A DNA stretch of 63,059 nucleotides, filler included, from Chiloscyllium plagiosum (lineage: Eukaryota): assembly GCF_004010195.1 (NCBI RefSeq). It is 4 parts of 2 records of this genome, joined end to end, with 100 filler letters (N's around TTAATTAATTAA, not from the genome) between each part and the next. Parts side by side here need not be neighbours in the genome. Positions count along the whole stretch, not along the records: positions 25,194 to 49,409 come from NC_057716.1; 3 more parts are not named here. The stretch is one strand, 5' to 3'. This document shows, one piece after another, positions 35,193-46,765 of the stretch; positions within the stretch are counted from its first letter, which is position 1; each line of letters begins with the position of its first letter. The notes under the pieces were generated by a model that worked only from the letters and a program-made list of their open reading frames with translations, was not told where the DNA came from and did no database searches. The position numbers and the translations under genes were made by a program.

Positions 35193-37250
35193 AGAACATA
35201 GAACATAGAAGAATACAGCGCAGTACAGGCCCTTTGGCCCTCGATGTTGAGCCGATCCAAGCACACCTAACCTATACTAACCCACTATCCTCCATATACC
35301 TATCCAATGCCCGCTTAAATGCCCATAAAGAGGGAGAGTCCACCACTGCAACTGGCAGGGCATTCCATGAACTTATGACTCGCTGAGTGAAGAACCTGCC
35401 CCTAACTTCACTCCTATATCTACCCCCCCTTAATTTAAAGCTATGCCCCCTTGTAATACCCGACTCCATACGCGGGAAAAGGTTCACACTGTCAACCCTA
35501 TCTAACCCCCTAATCATCTTGTACACCTCAATCAAGTCACCCCTAAACCTTCTTTTCTCCAATGAAAACANNNNNNNNNNNNNNNNNNNNNNNNNNNNNN
35601 NNNNNNNNNNNNNNNNNNNNNNNNNNNNNNNNNNNNNNNNNNNNNNNNNNNNNNNNNNNNNNNNNNNNNNNNNNNNNNNNNNNNNNNNNNNNNNNNNNNN
35701 NNNNNNNNNNNNNNNNNNNNNNNNNNNNNNNNNNNNNNNNNNNNNNNCTCTATCAAGTCACTCCTAAACCTTCTTTTCTCTAATGAAAACAGCCCCACGT
35801 GTCTCAGTCTTTCCTCATACGATCTTTCTTCCATACCAGGCAACATCCTGGTAAACCTCCTCTGCACCCGTTCCAGTGCCTCCACATCCTTCCTATAGTA
35901 TGGCGACCAAAACTGCACATAATATTCCAGATGCGGCCGTACCAGAGTCTTATACAACTGCATCATGACCTCAGGAGTCCGGAACTCAATTCCTCTACCA
36001 ATAAAAGCCAGTACGCCATATGCCTTCCTCACCGCACTATTTACCTGGGTGGCAACTTTCAGAGATCTGTGTACATGGACACCAAGATCCCTCTGCTCAT
36101 CCACACTACCAAGTATCCGATCATTAGCCCAGTACCCCATCTTTTTGTTATTCTTCCCAAAGTGAATCACCTCGCACTTAGCTACATTGAATTCCATCTG
36201 CCACCTTTCTGCCCAGCTCTGCAGCTTCTCTATATCCTGCTGTAACCTGCCACATGCTTCCTCACTGTCAACAACTCCTCCGACTTTTGTGTCATCCGCA
36301 AACTTGCTCACCCAACCTTCTAACCCCTCTTCCAGGTCATTTATAAAAATGACAAACAGCAATGGTCCCAAAACAGATCCTTGCGGAACACCGCTAGTGA
36401 CGGCACTCCATGAAGAAACTTTGCCATCAACTACTACCCTCTGTCTTCTTCCATCCAGCCAATTCCTAATCCAAACCTCTAACTCACCCTCAATGCCATA
36501 TCTCCGTATTTTCTGCAGTAGCCTACCATGGGGAACCTTATCAAACGCCTTACTAAAATCCATATATACCACATCTACCGCTTTGCCCTCATCAACCTCC
36601 TTCGTCACCTTTTCAAAGAATTCAATAAGGTTTGTGAGGCACGACTTGCCCTTCACAAAACCATGCTGACTATCCTTGATCACATTATTCCTATCCAGAT
36701 GTTCATAAATCCTATCCCTTACAATTCTCTCTAAGACTTTGCCCACAACAGAAGTGAGACTCACCGGCCTATAGTTACTAGGGTTATCCCTACTCCCCTT
36801 TTTGCTATCCTCCAGTCTTCTGGCACTACTCCTGTAGGCAAAGAGGACATAAAAATCAAGGCCAGTGGCTCTGCAATCTCCTCCCTTGCTTCCCAGAGAA
36901 TCCTAGGATAAATGCCATCAGGCCCAGGGGACTTTTCTATTTTCACCCTTTCCAGAATTTTCAACACCTCTTCCCTACATACCTCAAAGCCATTCATTCT
37001 ACTTAATTGTGACTCAGTATTCACATTGACAATAATGTCCTGTTCCTGATTGAATACTGATGAAAAGTATTCATTCAGTGTCTCCCCAATATCTTCAGCC
37101 TCCACACGTGACTTCCCACTACTATCCTTGACTGGACCTATTCCTACCCTAGTCATTCTTTTATTCCTGACATACCTATAGAAAGCCTTAGGGTTTTCAC
37201 TAATCCTACCGACTAAGGACCTTTCATGTCCCCTCCTTGCTGCTCTTAGC
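35193..37250 (-). mobile_element. 5'-truncated young CR1 LINE (RT domain largely open)
   Basis: ORF with DFSKAFDKVPH, GVPQGSVLGP and FADD; terminal repeat AGAACATAGAACATAG; empty site in the duplicate at about 47903. Confidence 0.95.
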
Positions 37251-40200
37251 TCTTTTTCATTTGATTTTGTTGCATGAAAAATCCTTAAGTCTTATTGTGA
37301 TTACAAACAGAATAAATATTAGCACTGAAGTCAGATATAATTAAATTAATTCAACTATGTTTTCGCAGATAAAATAAAAGTTGATATTTACAATGATTGA
37401 AAGATTAGACACTGCAATATCATTACGTTAGTTCATGTACTTTGTCGTAATTCCACATTTGCACAATGTACTGGATTGAATAATTACTAAATTTTATTAG
37501 ATATCAGCAATAATTGAATGTCAAATTCTATCAATGCATTAAGCAATAATGAAAAATCTCGTTTTGCTATGTAGTTGAGCAATGTCTGGAAATGAACTGA
37601 AATTAATTCAGTGAAAAGTATTTACATTTCCCTAAATCTTAAGGCTGAGATGACCGTTATCATTCAAATGAACAAACATCAGATGTTTGCAATGATGTTG
37701 GATGGGAAGTCAATGGTTCTGTTGTGGGACAGGTGACCTGCAAAATAAGTGCATTTTCACACTGTAGTATTAGTACTAAGAAACAATGGAGAAAATTTAA
37801 ATATGAATCTCACTATGCTTGTTCAAAAGACTTTCTTAAATAATGGTACCATTATTGTAATGACAATGACTTGATAATTAATGTTAGACATGAAGATTTT
37901 AAATGATTCAATATTTCAAAAGCACTTTGCTGTGATGTTGATTGATTACTTATTAAGGTCAGTAAACTGCGGAATATAACATGGTAGATAGCTGTATTGA
38001 TTGAAGACAAAATGAGCCATGCAACGATTATTGAAAAAAGTTCTTTTTTTAATTCAAAAATATACGTGATACAAGAATTGTGAATTTCCATCCACTGGAT
38101 TGCTTGTAGAGATGCTACATTGGTTTATATGATTAATATTATGATCAATGTTTAAAGATTGGTGTCAGAATTAGGAAGAGAATTAGTAGATCATGAAAGT
38201 GAGCATGAAACTGAACAAACAATGTGATGTATAAAGTGATTTAATAATTTTATTATTATTATACAAAGATGAATAATGTTGCAATGGAAATGACAAAAAA
38301 ATTCAACGTGGACAAAGCAGTTCTTTTCTTACAATGAAATGAAAGCAGTAATCATTTTGTCGCACGCATGATTTGAAAAAGCAGTCTTTTAATGTGAAAT
38401 ATACTGTAGAGTGAAGACTAACCTAGCAAAAATGTAGGAATTTCACAATTTTGAAATGTAGTGTTTGTTGAACTCGCAACAAAATGGTTATAATTTGAAT
38501 TGTCTCTTGCATACACCCAAGAAAAAAGGAGCTTAAAGATTGTCAGAATGACAAAACTTTGTTTCCAGTGTTATTCTACTACAGACAATATCCCTGATAA
38601 AGTAAAATTATTTGTTTAAACAACGTAAATTGTCATTAACGACAGAACTGAAATATAAGATATCAATTGCACTTACTGCATGGAATAGTAAACAATGCTT
38701 ACTGTTGTCATTAGTCTCAAGAACAATAAGGTACCTACTCAGGTTATTCCACTGAACAGTTATTCAGCTAATGATGAATACCTTTGTGTCACATTATGTG
38801 CCCTATTTTGTGTGAACATTGATTTCAATAAAATTGAGATAGTTGCATGAATTCGGAACAGATTGATAATTGGGCGTGAAAGATCTTATTTAAGATTAGA
38901 CAATTATTAATATTTACCAGAATTGCTGCGCAAAACACCCTTAAGACAATATGCAATAAATGAGATAAGTGAGAAATATGCAAAGTCAATTTTCAACTGA
39001 ATGCACTTGGATATTTTCGCAGCATTTCAATCTTACATTCAATATAAATAGGTGTGGAAAACTAAAAACAAATTTCTCACAACTCATAAACAGATCAGTA
39101 ACTAAAAATTGTTAAATAAAAGCAAGTGGCATTTGTTTATTTCACTGAAGAAGAAATTGATTTTTGTGTCTCATATTTATAGCACTGGGGCATCAAGTTC
39201 TATGTGCTGTTTGAACTCAGCTCTTCAGAACAAAAGAAAATCAATGATTATCATTACTTCGTATATTTCATCCTTATAATTGCAACATTCTCAAATATTT
39301 TCTAAGAAATATTGTTTGAGTGGAACTAGATACATTCTGTTATTAGTGATCTGAAGAAAATAAATAGCAAATACTGTGATTATTGGAATGAGCAACAGAT
39401 GGAAGCATATTTAACATTGAATTGAAAAGCAATGCAATCGATTTTTAGATATTTTCGAATCAAATTCAGAGCTGCTCTGTCACAACTCTGTGCAATGTGG
39501 AAATTGAAACTGTGCCTAGTGATCTGGTAGCAGAGACACTACCAGATCAGAACAAGATACCTTCATAATGTTCCCAACCGTGCTGGGCAGGGCTACAATC
39601 ACACACTCACTGTGGTTACTCAAGTGAAAACTAACCAGATGTTTATTATGATAACTGGATTGGAATTAAATGGTTGGATCTTGTGTGTAATGTACTGAAA
39701 ATTTAGTAGCAATTTGCAATAATGATAGGAGTTAACAAATGTCTTAATTAAACATGATTTTATGATAATTCGTGTTACAACAACTTGACAGAATTGTGTG
39801 ATTACTGCACATTAATTAATAAAAATGAATATAATCATTTTATATGTTCAAAATAGTTTCTCAATTTATGAAAAATGTAAATTAAAATGTTTTTGTTCTG
39901 TACTTAAATTAGACCAAAATTATGAACTGATCATTCAATGAAGACATCTTCATTCTTTCTGAAAATGTATCCTTTCTAAGAAGTCACCATTTCCTTTGAT
40001 TGTTTAATGAAACAAATGTGATGTCAATCCTTTTTTGTGTACTTCAAAAAGATTCATGTGAACTTAAAGAATTTTACACATGAAAAATATTTAACTGTTA
40101 TTGTCATTAGAAACATTATAAATGTTAATATTGAAGTGAATTACAATCAAATCAATTCAAAAGTGTTTTCAAATGTAAAATGAAAAGCAATATTCACAAT

Positions 40201-41968
40201 GATTGAGAGATTATACATCGCAATGTCCTTGCATTATTATACACAACCATAATTCCACATTTACACCCCCACCGAATTGAACAATTATTCAATACTAGGT
40301 ATTAGCAACAAATCGATTTTAAAACTTATATTAGTGAATTTAAGAATAATGAGGTATCTCATCTTCCTATTCCACTGAGTAATGTGCAGAAATGAAGAGA
40401 AATATTGCAGCGTAAATTAATTGGTGTTCTCTGACATTCAATGGCAGAGATGACTGTGATCTTTCAAATGAGAAAAAGTCAGATATTTACAAAGGATATT
40501 GCAAGGGAAATTACTGGCCTTTGTGTGGGTGTATTGGCCTGGCCAAACAGGTTTTTATCTTGTAGAATTCACACAAAGACATATAGAATATATTAAAAAC
40601 ACATTGTGCTTGTTACAAAGTCTAAGTTAAAGTGTTGTGTAATTACTGTAATTGATAATTGTTTCTGGATACCTGATAGATAAATTGACTTCATATTTTA
40701 ATGCACTTTGCTCTGATGTCGATTGCTTATTCATTAATATTAATAAACTGAAAATTAAAATCTAAAAGGTTGCTTTAAACAATTAAACAATCGAACACAG
40801 TTCAACTTTGTTTTTTTATCGAGTCATGTCTATTTTATTAATGTAACATTTACCGTGATAAATGTTTAGATGTTTATGTCAGAATTAGGAAGGAAATAAT
40901 TAGGCCGGGAAAGTGAGTATGGTTGTGAACAAAAGGTCGAGTTAATGACATTTGGTACAAGAAGTTATTTTTTACCAAATGACTGATAATCGTGTGATAA
41001 TTGTTCATTGACAACTAATATGGGAAGAAAAATAAACTATATCAACATTTCCAAAGCAGTTTATTTCCTATCATGAAATTGAAATGCAGGTCACATGATT
41101 TGAAAAAAAGGAAAAACCATTGTATGTGACATTTGAGCTGATGAATCGTTCTTTTTCCCCCAGTGCAGTATTTGCAATAATTTAGTGTTAGTTGAACTAA
41201 AGAACAAATGGATGTGCCTACATTGTTTGCTTGCACACAAAAAAGTAAAACAATTTTAACATGAAAATCACGTCGCTATGATAGTAATAATTTCTCACAT
41301 GATAAAAATTTGTATTGAATTGAAATGTCATCATAGCTCTAGGACTGTTTTCCTCTGACAGGGAATGAGGACTCAGGAGGCAGGGTGAACTCAGGCATGT
41401 GGAAGATGCTTCCTCATGCAACAACCAGTTAATGCAGAGATCATCCCCCAAAGCCAATCTCGGAAGGGNNNNNNNNNNNNNNNNNNNNNNNNNNNNNNNN
41501 NNNNNNNNNNNNNNNNNNNNNNNNNNNNNNNNNNNNNNNNNNNNNNNNNNNNNNNNNNNNNNNNNNNNNNNNNNNNNNNNNNNNNNNNNNNNNNNNNNNN
41601 NNNNNNNNNNNNNNNNNNNNNNNNNNNNNNNNNNNNNNNNNNNNNNNNNNNNNNNNNNNNNNNNNNNNNNNNNNNNNNNNNNNNNNNNNNNNNNNNNNNN
41701 NNNNNNNNNNNNNNNNNNNNNNNNNNNNNNNNNNNNNNNNNNNNNNNNNNNNNNNNNNNNNNNNNNNNNNNNNNNNNNNNNNNNNNNNNNNNNNNNNNNN
41801 NNNNNNNNNNNNNNNNNNNNNNNNNNNNNNNNNNNNNNNNNNNNNNNNNNNNNNNNNNNNNNNNNNNNNNNNNNNNNNNNNNNNNNNNNNNNNNNNNNNN
41901 NNNNNNNNNNNNNNNNNNNNNNNNNNNNNNNNNNNNNNNNNNNNNNNNNNNNNNNNNNNNNNNNNNNN

Positions 41969-44255
41969 ACAGCCATAATCTCTCGCATCATNNNNNNNNN
42001 NNNNNNNNNNNNNNNNNNNNNNNNNNNNNNNNNNNNNNNNNNNNNNNNNNNNNNNNNNNNNNNNNNNNNNNNNNNNNNNNNNNNNNNNNNNNNNNNNNNN
42101 NNNNNNNNNNNNNNNNNNNNNNNNNNNNNNNNNNNNNNNNNNNNNNNNNNNNNNNNNNNNNNNNNNNNNNNNNNNNNNNNNNNNNNNNNNNNNNNNNNNN
42201 NNNNNNNNNNNNNNNNNNNNNNNNNNNNNNNNNNNNNNNNNNNNNNNNNNNNNNNNNNNNNNNNNNNNNNNNNNNNNNNNNNNNNNNNNNNNNNNNNNNN
42301 NNNNNNNNNNNNNNNNNNNNNNNNNNNNNNNNNNNNNNNNNNNNNNNNNNNNNNNNNNNNNNNNNNNNNNNNNNNNNNNNNNNNNNNNNNNNNNNNNNNN
42401 NNNCCTGCATGAAGTGGAACATCTCTCAGGTCCAAGCAGACCTTAGTTTGGTATTCTATAATGTCAAGGCAGTCGTGCCCTGGATTCTGAGGAGAGTCTC
42501 CTTCCCCTTTCCAAAGAAAGGCAGATGGGTTTAAACAATTGTCCGTGACCAACACTAGATCATCCTTTCTATTAATATTGCCTCATATATCAGAATCCGC
42601 GAGTCTGTCAACCATCGCCCAGCTTTTTGGTTTAGGATCGTTCTCACTTGATGTGGGGTGCTTACGATAAGGGCTCCGCCAAATGTAAGCTTTCTGCTTT
42701 CCTCCACCAACAGTGAAGTGGCAGCCACAGCCTGCACACACTCAGGCCACCCCTGGGATACTGGATCCAATAGCTTCGAAAGATATGCAACTGGCTGTTT
42801 CATTCATCCCCACCTCTGGGTTAATACTCCTAAAGCCGCTCTCTTATCTACAGTAACAAAGAGGTGGAAAGGTTTATCTAGGGAAGGTAAGGCTAACACG
42901 GGGGCATGGATCAGATCTCTTTTGAGTTCCTCAACTAGTTCTTTTTCCTCATCATCCCAACTTAGACATTTTGGTTCCTCCTCTAATATATTTCTTAGAC
43001 TTTTGAGCATATGAATCAATCCACAATCTGCAATATCCCGTTAGACCCAAAAATTTACGTAACTCCCGTTTAGTCCTGGGCAGTGGCATCCCCACTATTC
43101 CCTCTATCCGTTCCAGGCTTATCTTTCACTTTCCCTCACTAACTAAATGTCCCAAGTATTTCACTTCTCGCTCCACATATTGTAGTTTGTTTTTAGATAC
43201 TTGCAGTCCCTGCTGACCCAGGATATTCAATAATTTGTTTGTGGCTTCTACTACTCCTTCTCTCCTTATTCCTGTTACTAAGAGGTCATCTACATACTGC
43301 AGCAGGGCAGTCCCCTTGGGGCTGCTAAATTTCTGCAATATTTGTTCTAACATCTGTCCAAATAAATTCGGGGATTCCGTAAACCCCTGGGAGAGCACGT
43401 TCCACCGGTATTGCTGTTTCCATCCTGTCTTGGGATCTTCCCATTCAAAGGCAAACAAATTCCTACTTTCGTCCGCCAAGGGACAAGCCCAAAAGGCATC
43501 CTTTAAATCTATCACACTAAACCATTTGTGGTCATGAGGGATCTTACTTCATAACATATAGGGGTTTGGCACCACTGGGTGCCTGATCTGTACTATTCGA
43601 TTCAATGTTCTCAAATCCTGCACCAATCGATAAGTTCCATCAGATTTCCGTACTGGTAGAATTGGGGTATTATCAGGAGACATACATGGCTCCAACAGTC
43701 CATCTCTAATCAGTCCCTCAATTATTGGCTGCAGTCCTCGTTTACCTTCTATGGAAATGGGATATTGTCGCTCACAGACAGTATCCCCTTTCTTTTTTAA
43801 ACGTATTTCTTGGGGAGGGATATGTCGTCTTCCACGATTCCCTTCTCTAGCCCATTCAATACGGTCTATCTCTCTCTCCACATTCTCTGTCAACATTGCC
43901 ATTCGTACAACTATTTTTTTTCCTGAATTCCAATCTCCAGTCCTAAGAAGATAATTAAATATCTCCCTAGTAATGTTACTTCCTATATCAGGGATATAAA
44001 ACAGTTCCCCTGTGACTCTATCCTTAGGACCTTCTATCATCATAGGTTCAAATACTGGAACAGTAAATCCTTCCCCTTTTAACCTGGAAACAGTAATTGA
44101 CCGTGTTGACATTTCTACTTTCTTTGGTTTAAAATTCAATGATGATGGTGCTGCCCCCGTATCTACTAGGAAGAATACCTCTTCCCTATAGGGTCCTACC
44201 TTCAAGTTTATCAAGGGTTCCTGGTGGGCCCCCGAGCGCAGGAACCCCTGACACC
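41969..44255 (-). pseudogene. pol: pro-pol of copy 2 (partial)
   Basis: FLVDTGA, DLKDAF, QGFTESP, YVDDLL. Confidence 0.9.
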
Positions 44256-45731
44256 CTATTCTTCATCAAAATTTATAAGCGGAATTGCCCTATCTTCCCT
44301 TTGTAGATCGGGACACTCCCTCTTAAAATGTCCTATCTTTCCGCAATAATAGCATCCTGCCTGTGGAGACATCCACCTCTGCCCCTGTCCCTCAAACCCT
44401 CTATCAAATGCTCCGCCTTGTCCTCTCCCTCTCCCTCTCCCTCTTCCTCTCTGTCCCACATGCTGCCACCTGCCGCTCCGGTTGCTCAATATTGGTTCCA
44501 TTCTTTTCTTAACGACCTCATCAACCATAGCTACCATCATTTTCACCTTCTGCCCTTGTCTCTCATCCTCTCTCTTTACAAACACTTTCTGTGCCTTTCT
44601 TAACAATCCACATAATCTTTTTTCACTCCACCCTTCTATCTTCTGTATCTTTCTCTGTCTGTCTTGCCAAGCCTTTGTCACAAAATGTACTTTCAAAAGA
44701 CCCTGTGCCACTAGGTTCTCAGGGTTCAGAATAGTTCTGCATTGAGTCTCTTAATCTTTGCAAGAAAGGTGAGGGAGTCTCATCTTTCTCCTATCTAACT
44801 TCAAAGGCTTTAGTCAAATTCTGTGACTTCGGAACTGCCTCTCTTATTCTTTTTAGAATCAGGTCGTTCAATTCCCTCATTTCTTATCTATGTTCCGGGT
44901 TTTGATTTTCCCACTGGGTGTCTCTGAGGAGAAACTCCGTCTCTCCCTGTCCAGTATCCCCATCTCCAAAGGGATGTTCCCTGTCCGATATTCTACTGGC
45001 TGCTCCTCGTATAAGTCACCTTTCTTCCGCAGTAAATAGTATATTCAAAATAGATATTAACTCAGTCCACGTGTATAGACTGGGCCCCCAAAATTGATCA
45101 ATTTGTTCAGACAACCCTACCGGATCCTCAACCAGGACCTAAATCTCCTTTTTAAATATTCTGACCTCCCCACTGGTGAGGGGGGGGCGGGGGGGAGGGG
45201 CATTTATAAACCCAATCTCTTTGTCCCCTATTGGTACCTCCCGAAGGGGATAAGCCTTTACGTTCTTCACAATTTTTTCTGTTTTTTGTTTTCCCCCCTT
45301 AGGTTTTGGTTTAGACACTACAGAGGCCTCCTCTACGTCTACGTCATCTTTGCTTTCGTTTGTTGAGGATTGAGAGTCGGGAACAACAACATCCCCGTCC
45401 ACATCCCCTTCGTCCTCCTCTTGTTGGGTGATCCGTTCCCTGTCCCTGTCTGTCTATCTCTCCTCCTCCCCCATTTTCACCTAACCTAATTTTATGGTCC
45501 GTGGGAGTGGGGCAAGCAGCCAATAGGATCCCAGGGACTGGGTGGGGCAGAGGGGGAATCCCTTGTCTTTACTGCTATCATTCCCAAACTGCCCTTCCAA
45601 CAGGACGCATAGTCNNNNNNNNNNNNNNNNNNNNNNNNNNNNNNNNNNNNNNNNNNNNNNNNNNNNNNNNNNNNNNNNNNNNNNNNNNNNNNNNNNNNNN
45701 NNNNNNNNNNNNNNNNNNNNNNNNNNCCCAT
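44256..45731 (-). pseudogene. gag: gag of copy 2
   Basis: ATG-GG (Met-Gly) start at 45731, CCHC knuckle, DEE-TAG. Confidence 0.9.
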
Positions 45732-46019
45732 TTCCCGGGGCCCTCGCCAGTCCCTCAGCGACCCCTTTTCCCGGCCACCAAGGCAATATTTAAAAGTCAG
45801 TTTTCTTACCTTGGTCTGTGCACAGAGTTGCCTGGCCCTTTGTTGCCGTATTTTCTATCGACCTCCTGTCACTGTCTGATTCAGATGTCTGTCTTGTGGG
45901 TTGATACCAGTCGCCCAAGGGAGCGGACCAAACTGGGACACGAGACCTCTCCTCAATTGGGAACGGGACGTGTCTTCCCAGTGTCCAGGGCCAGCCACTC
46001 CCCCCGGCGATGGAAGAAC

Positions 46020-46036
46020 ATTCCGGACAGCCACCA
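46020..46036 (-). promoter_or_regulatory. PBS (tRNA-Pro), copy 2
   Basis: TGGTGGCTGTCCGGAAT after the LTR end ...TTCACA-AT. Confidence 0.8.
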
Positions 46037-46038
46037 AT

Positions 46039-46765
46039 TGTGAAAAACAAAGCTCACTCACTTCAGTAATTTCAGTCCGAGACAAGATCTGAATCAGTAG
46101 TGTCATGTATTTCATTCTTGCAACTGGGTGTGATGTCCACTGTCTACAAGGCAGGAACAAACACACACCGAATTCAACTAATACACGATATTTATGTAAT
46201 TTGGTTCCTTTTTTATTCCATTGCACCTCCCCGTTTACATCTTCCACTTCTCTAAGACCGGCACCCATTACTCCTGTTTATCTCTTGCCTTATCCGGCCT
46301 TGTCTGCGACAAAATGCTTAGTTCTGGCCTCACAAGGCCGTTTGACCACATCCCGCTGTGACTCATTGTTAGGTACATCCTTTCTTCACCATTATCTACT
46401 TCCTCCATCTGTGCTTTCGCCAACCACACTGATCCTTATAACCTTTTAATTGGGGTTTGTTCCTGTGTTTCTGCAAAAGTGGGAAACAGATGCTTAGAAC
46501 TACTGCTTGTGCACGCATATCTGGCTAAGCCTACATCCTCACAGCCCCTTAGCTATTTGACTGTAACATCTACCATTGTTTTATAGTCACATTTCATTCT
46601 TGCATACAATTTTAGCAAATACAAAAACAATTATGTATTTCCTCCAGTTTTCATTCCTGTTGACTCAGCTCTTAGTTGAAACAATTACACACTGGTGTGA
46701 GTTCATTTACCTTGCATAAGTAATTATAATTGCAGAAGTAACACTACTTTACCTATATCCGATTT
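46039..46765 (-). repeat. 5' LTR, copy 2
   Basis: Near-identical to 32994-33724. Its CACA end mirrors the TGTG start of the 3' LTR. Confidence 0.85.

Larger units (their letters stand above)
33725..41300. repeat. Two ancient diverged tandem copies of an AT-rich unit of about 2.3-2.9 kb
   Basis: Collinear anchors 33931/38645, 34562/38949, 35081/39931, 38163/40877 (exact TGTCAGAATTAGGAAG) and 38301/41041. Confidence 0.7.
41969..46765 (-). mobile_element. ERV copy 2 (5' LTR, PBS, gag, pro, RT, part of RNase H/IN; rest in gaps or lost)
   Basis: Collinear and roughly 95% identical by eye to 28550-33724. Confidence 0.95.

Noticed and set aside
35531..35790. Apparent 40-bp repeat on both sides of the gap in the CR1
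   Set aside because: Most likely overlapping contig ends around a mis-sized gap.
37380..38830. C/D box snoRNA array in the AT-rich unit (ATGATGA/ATGATTG motifs)
   Set aside because: No consistent D box or terminal stems, and such motifs are common by chance in AT-rich DNA.
41218..42555. Long ORFs of 337-445 aa (also at 21944-22519)
   Set aside because: They are artefacts of reading through N gaps.
44256..44275. A_AAU_UUU slippery heptamer at the end of gag (copy 2) as a -1 frameshift into pro
   Set aside because: The first -1 frame codon after the slip is UGA, and copy 1 has G_AAU_UUU. A simple deletion explains the frame offset.
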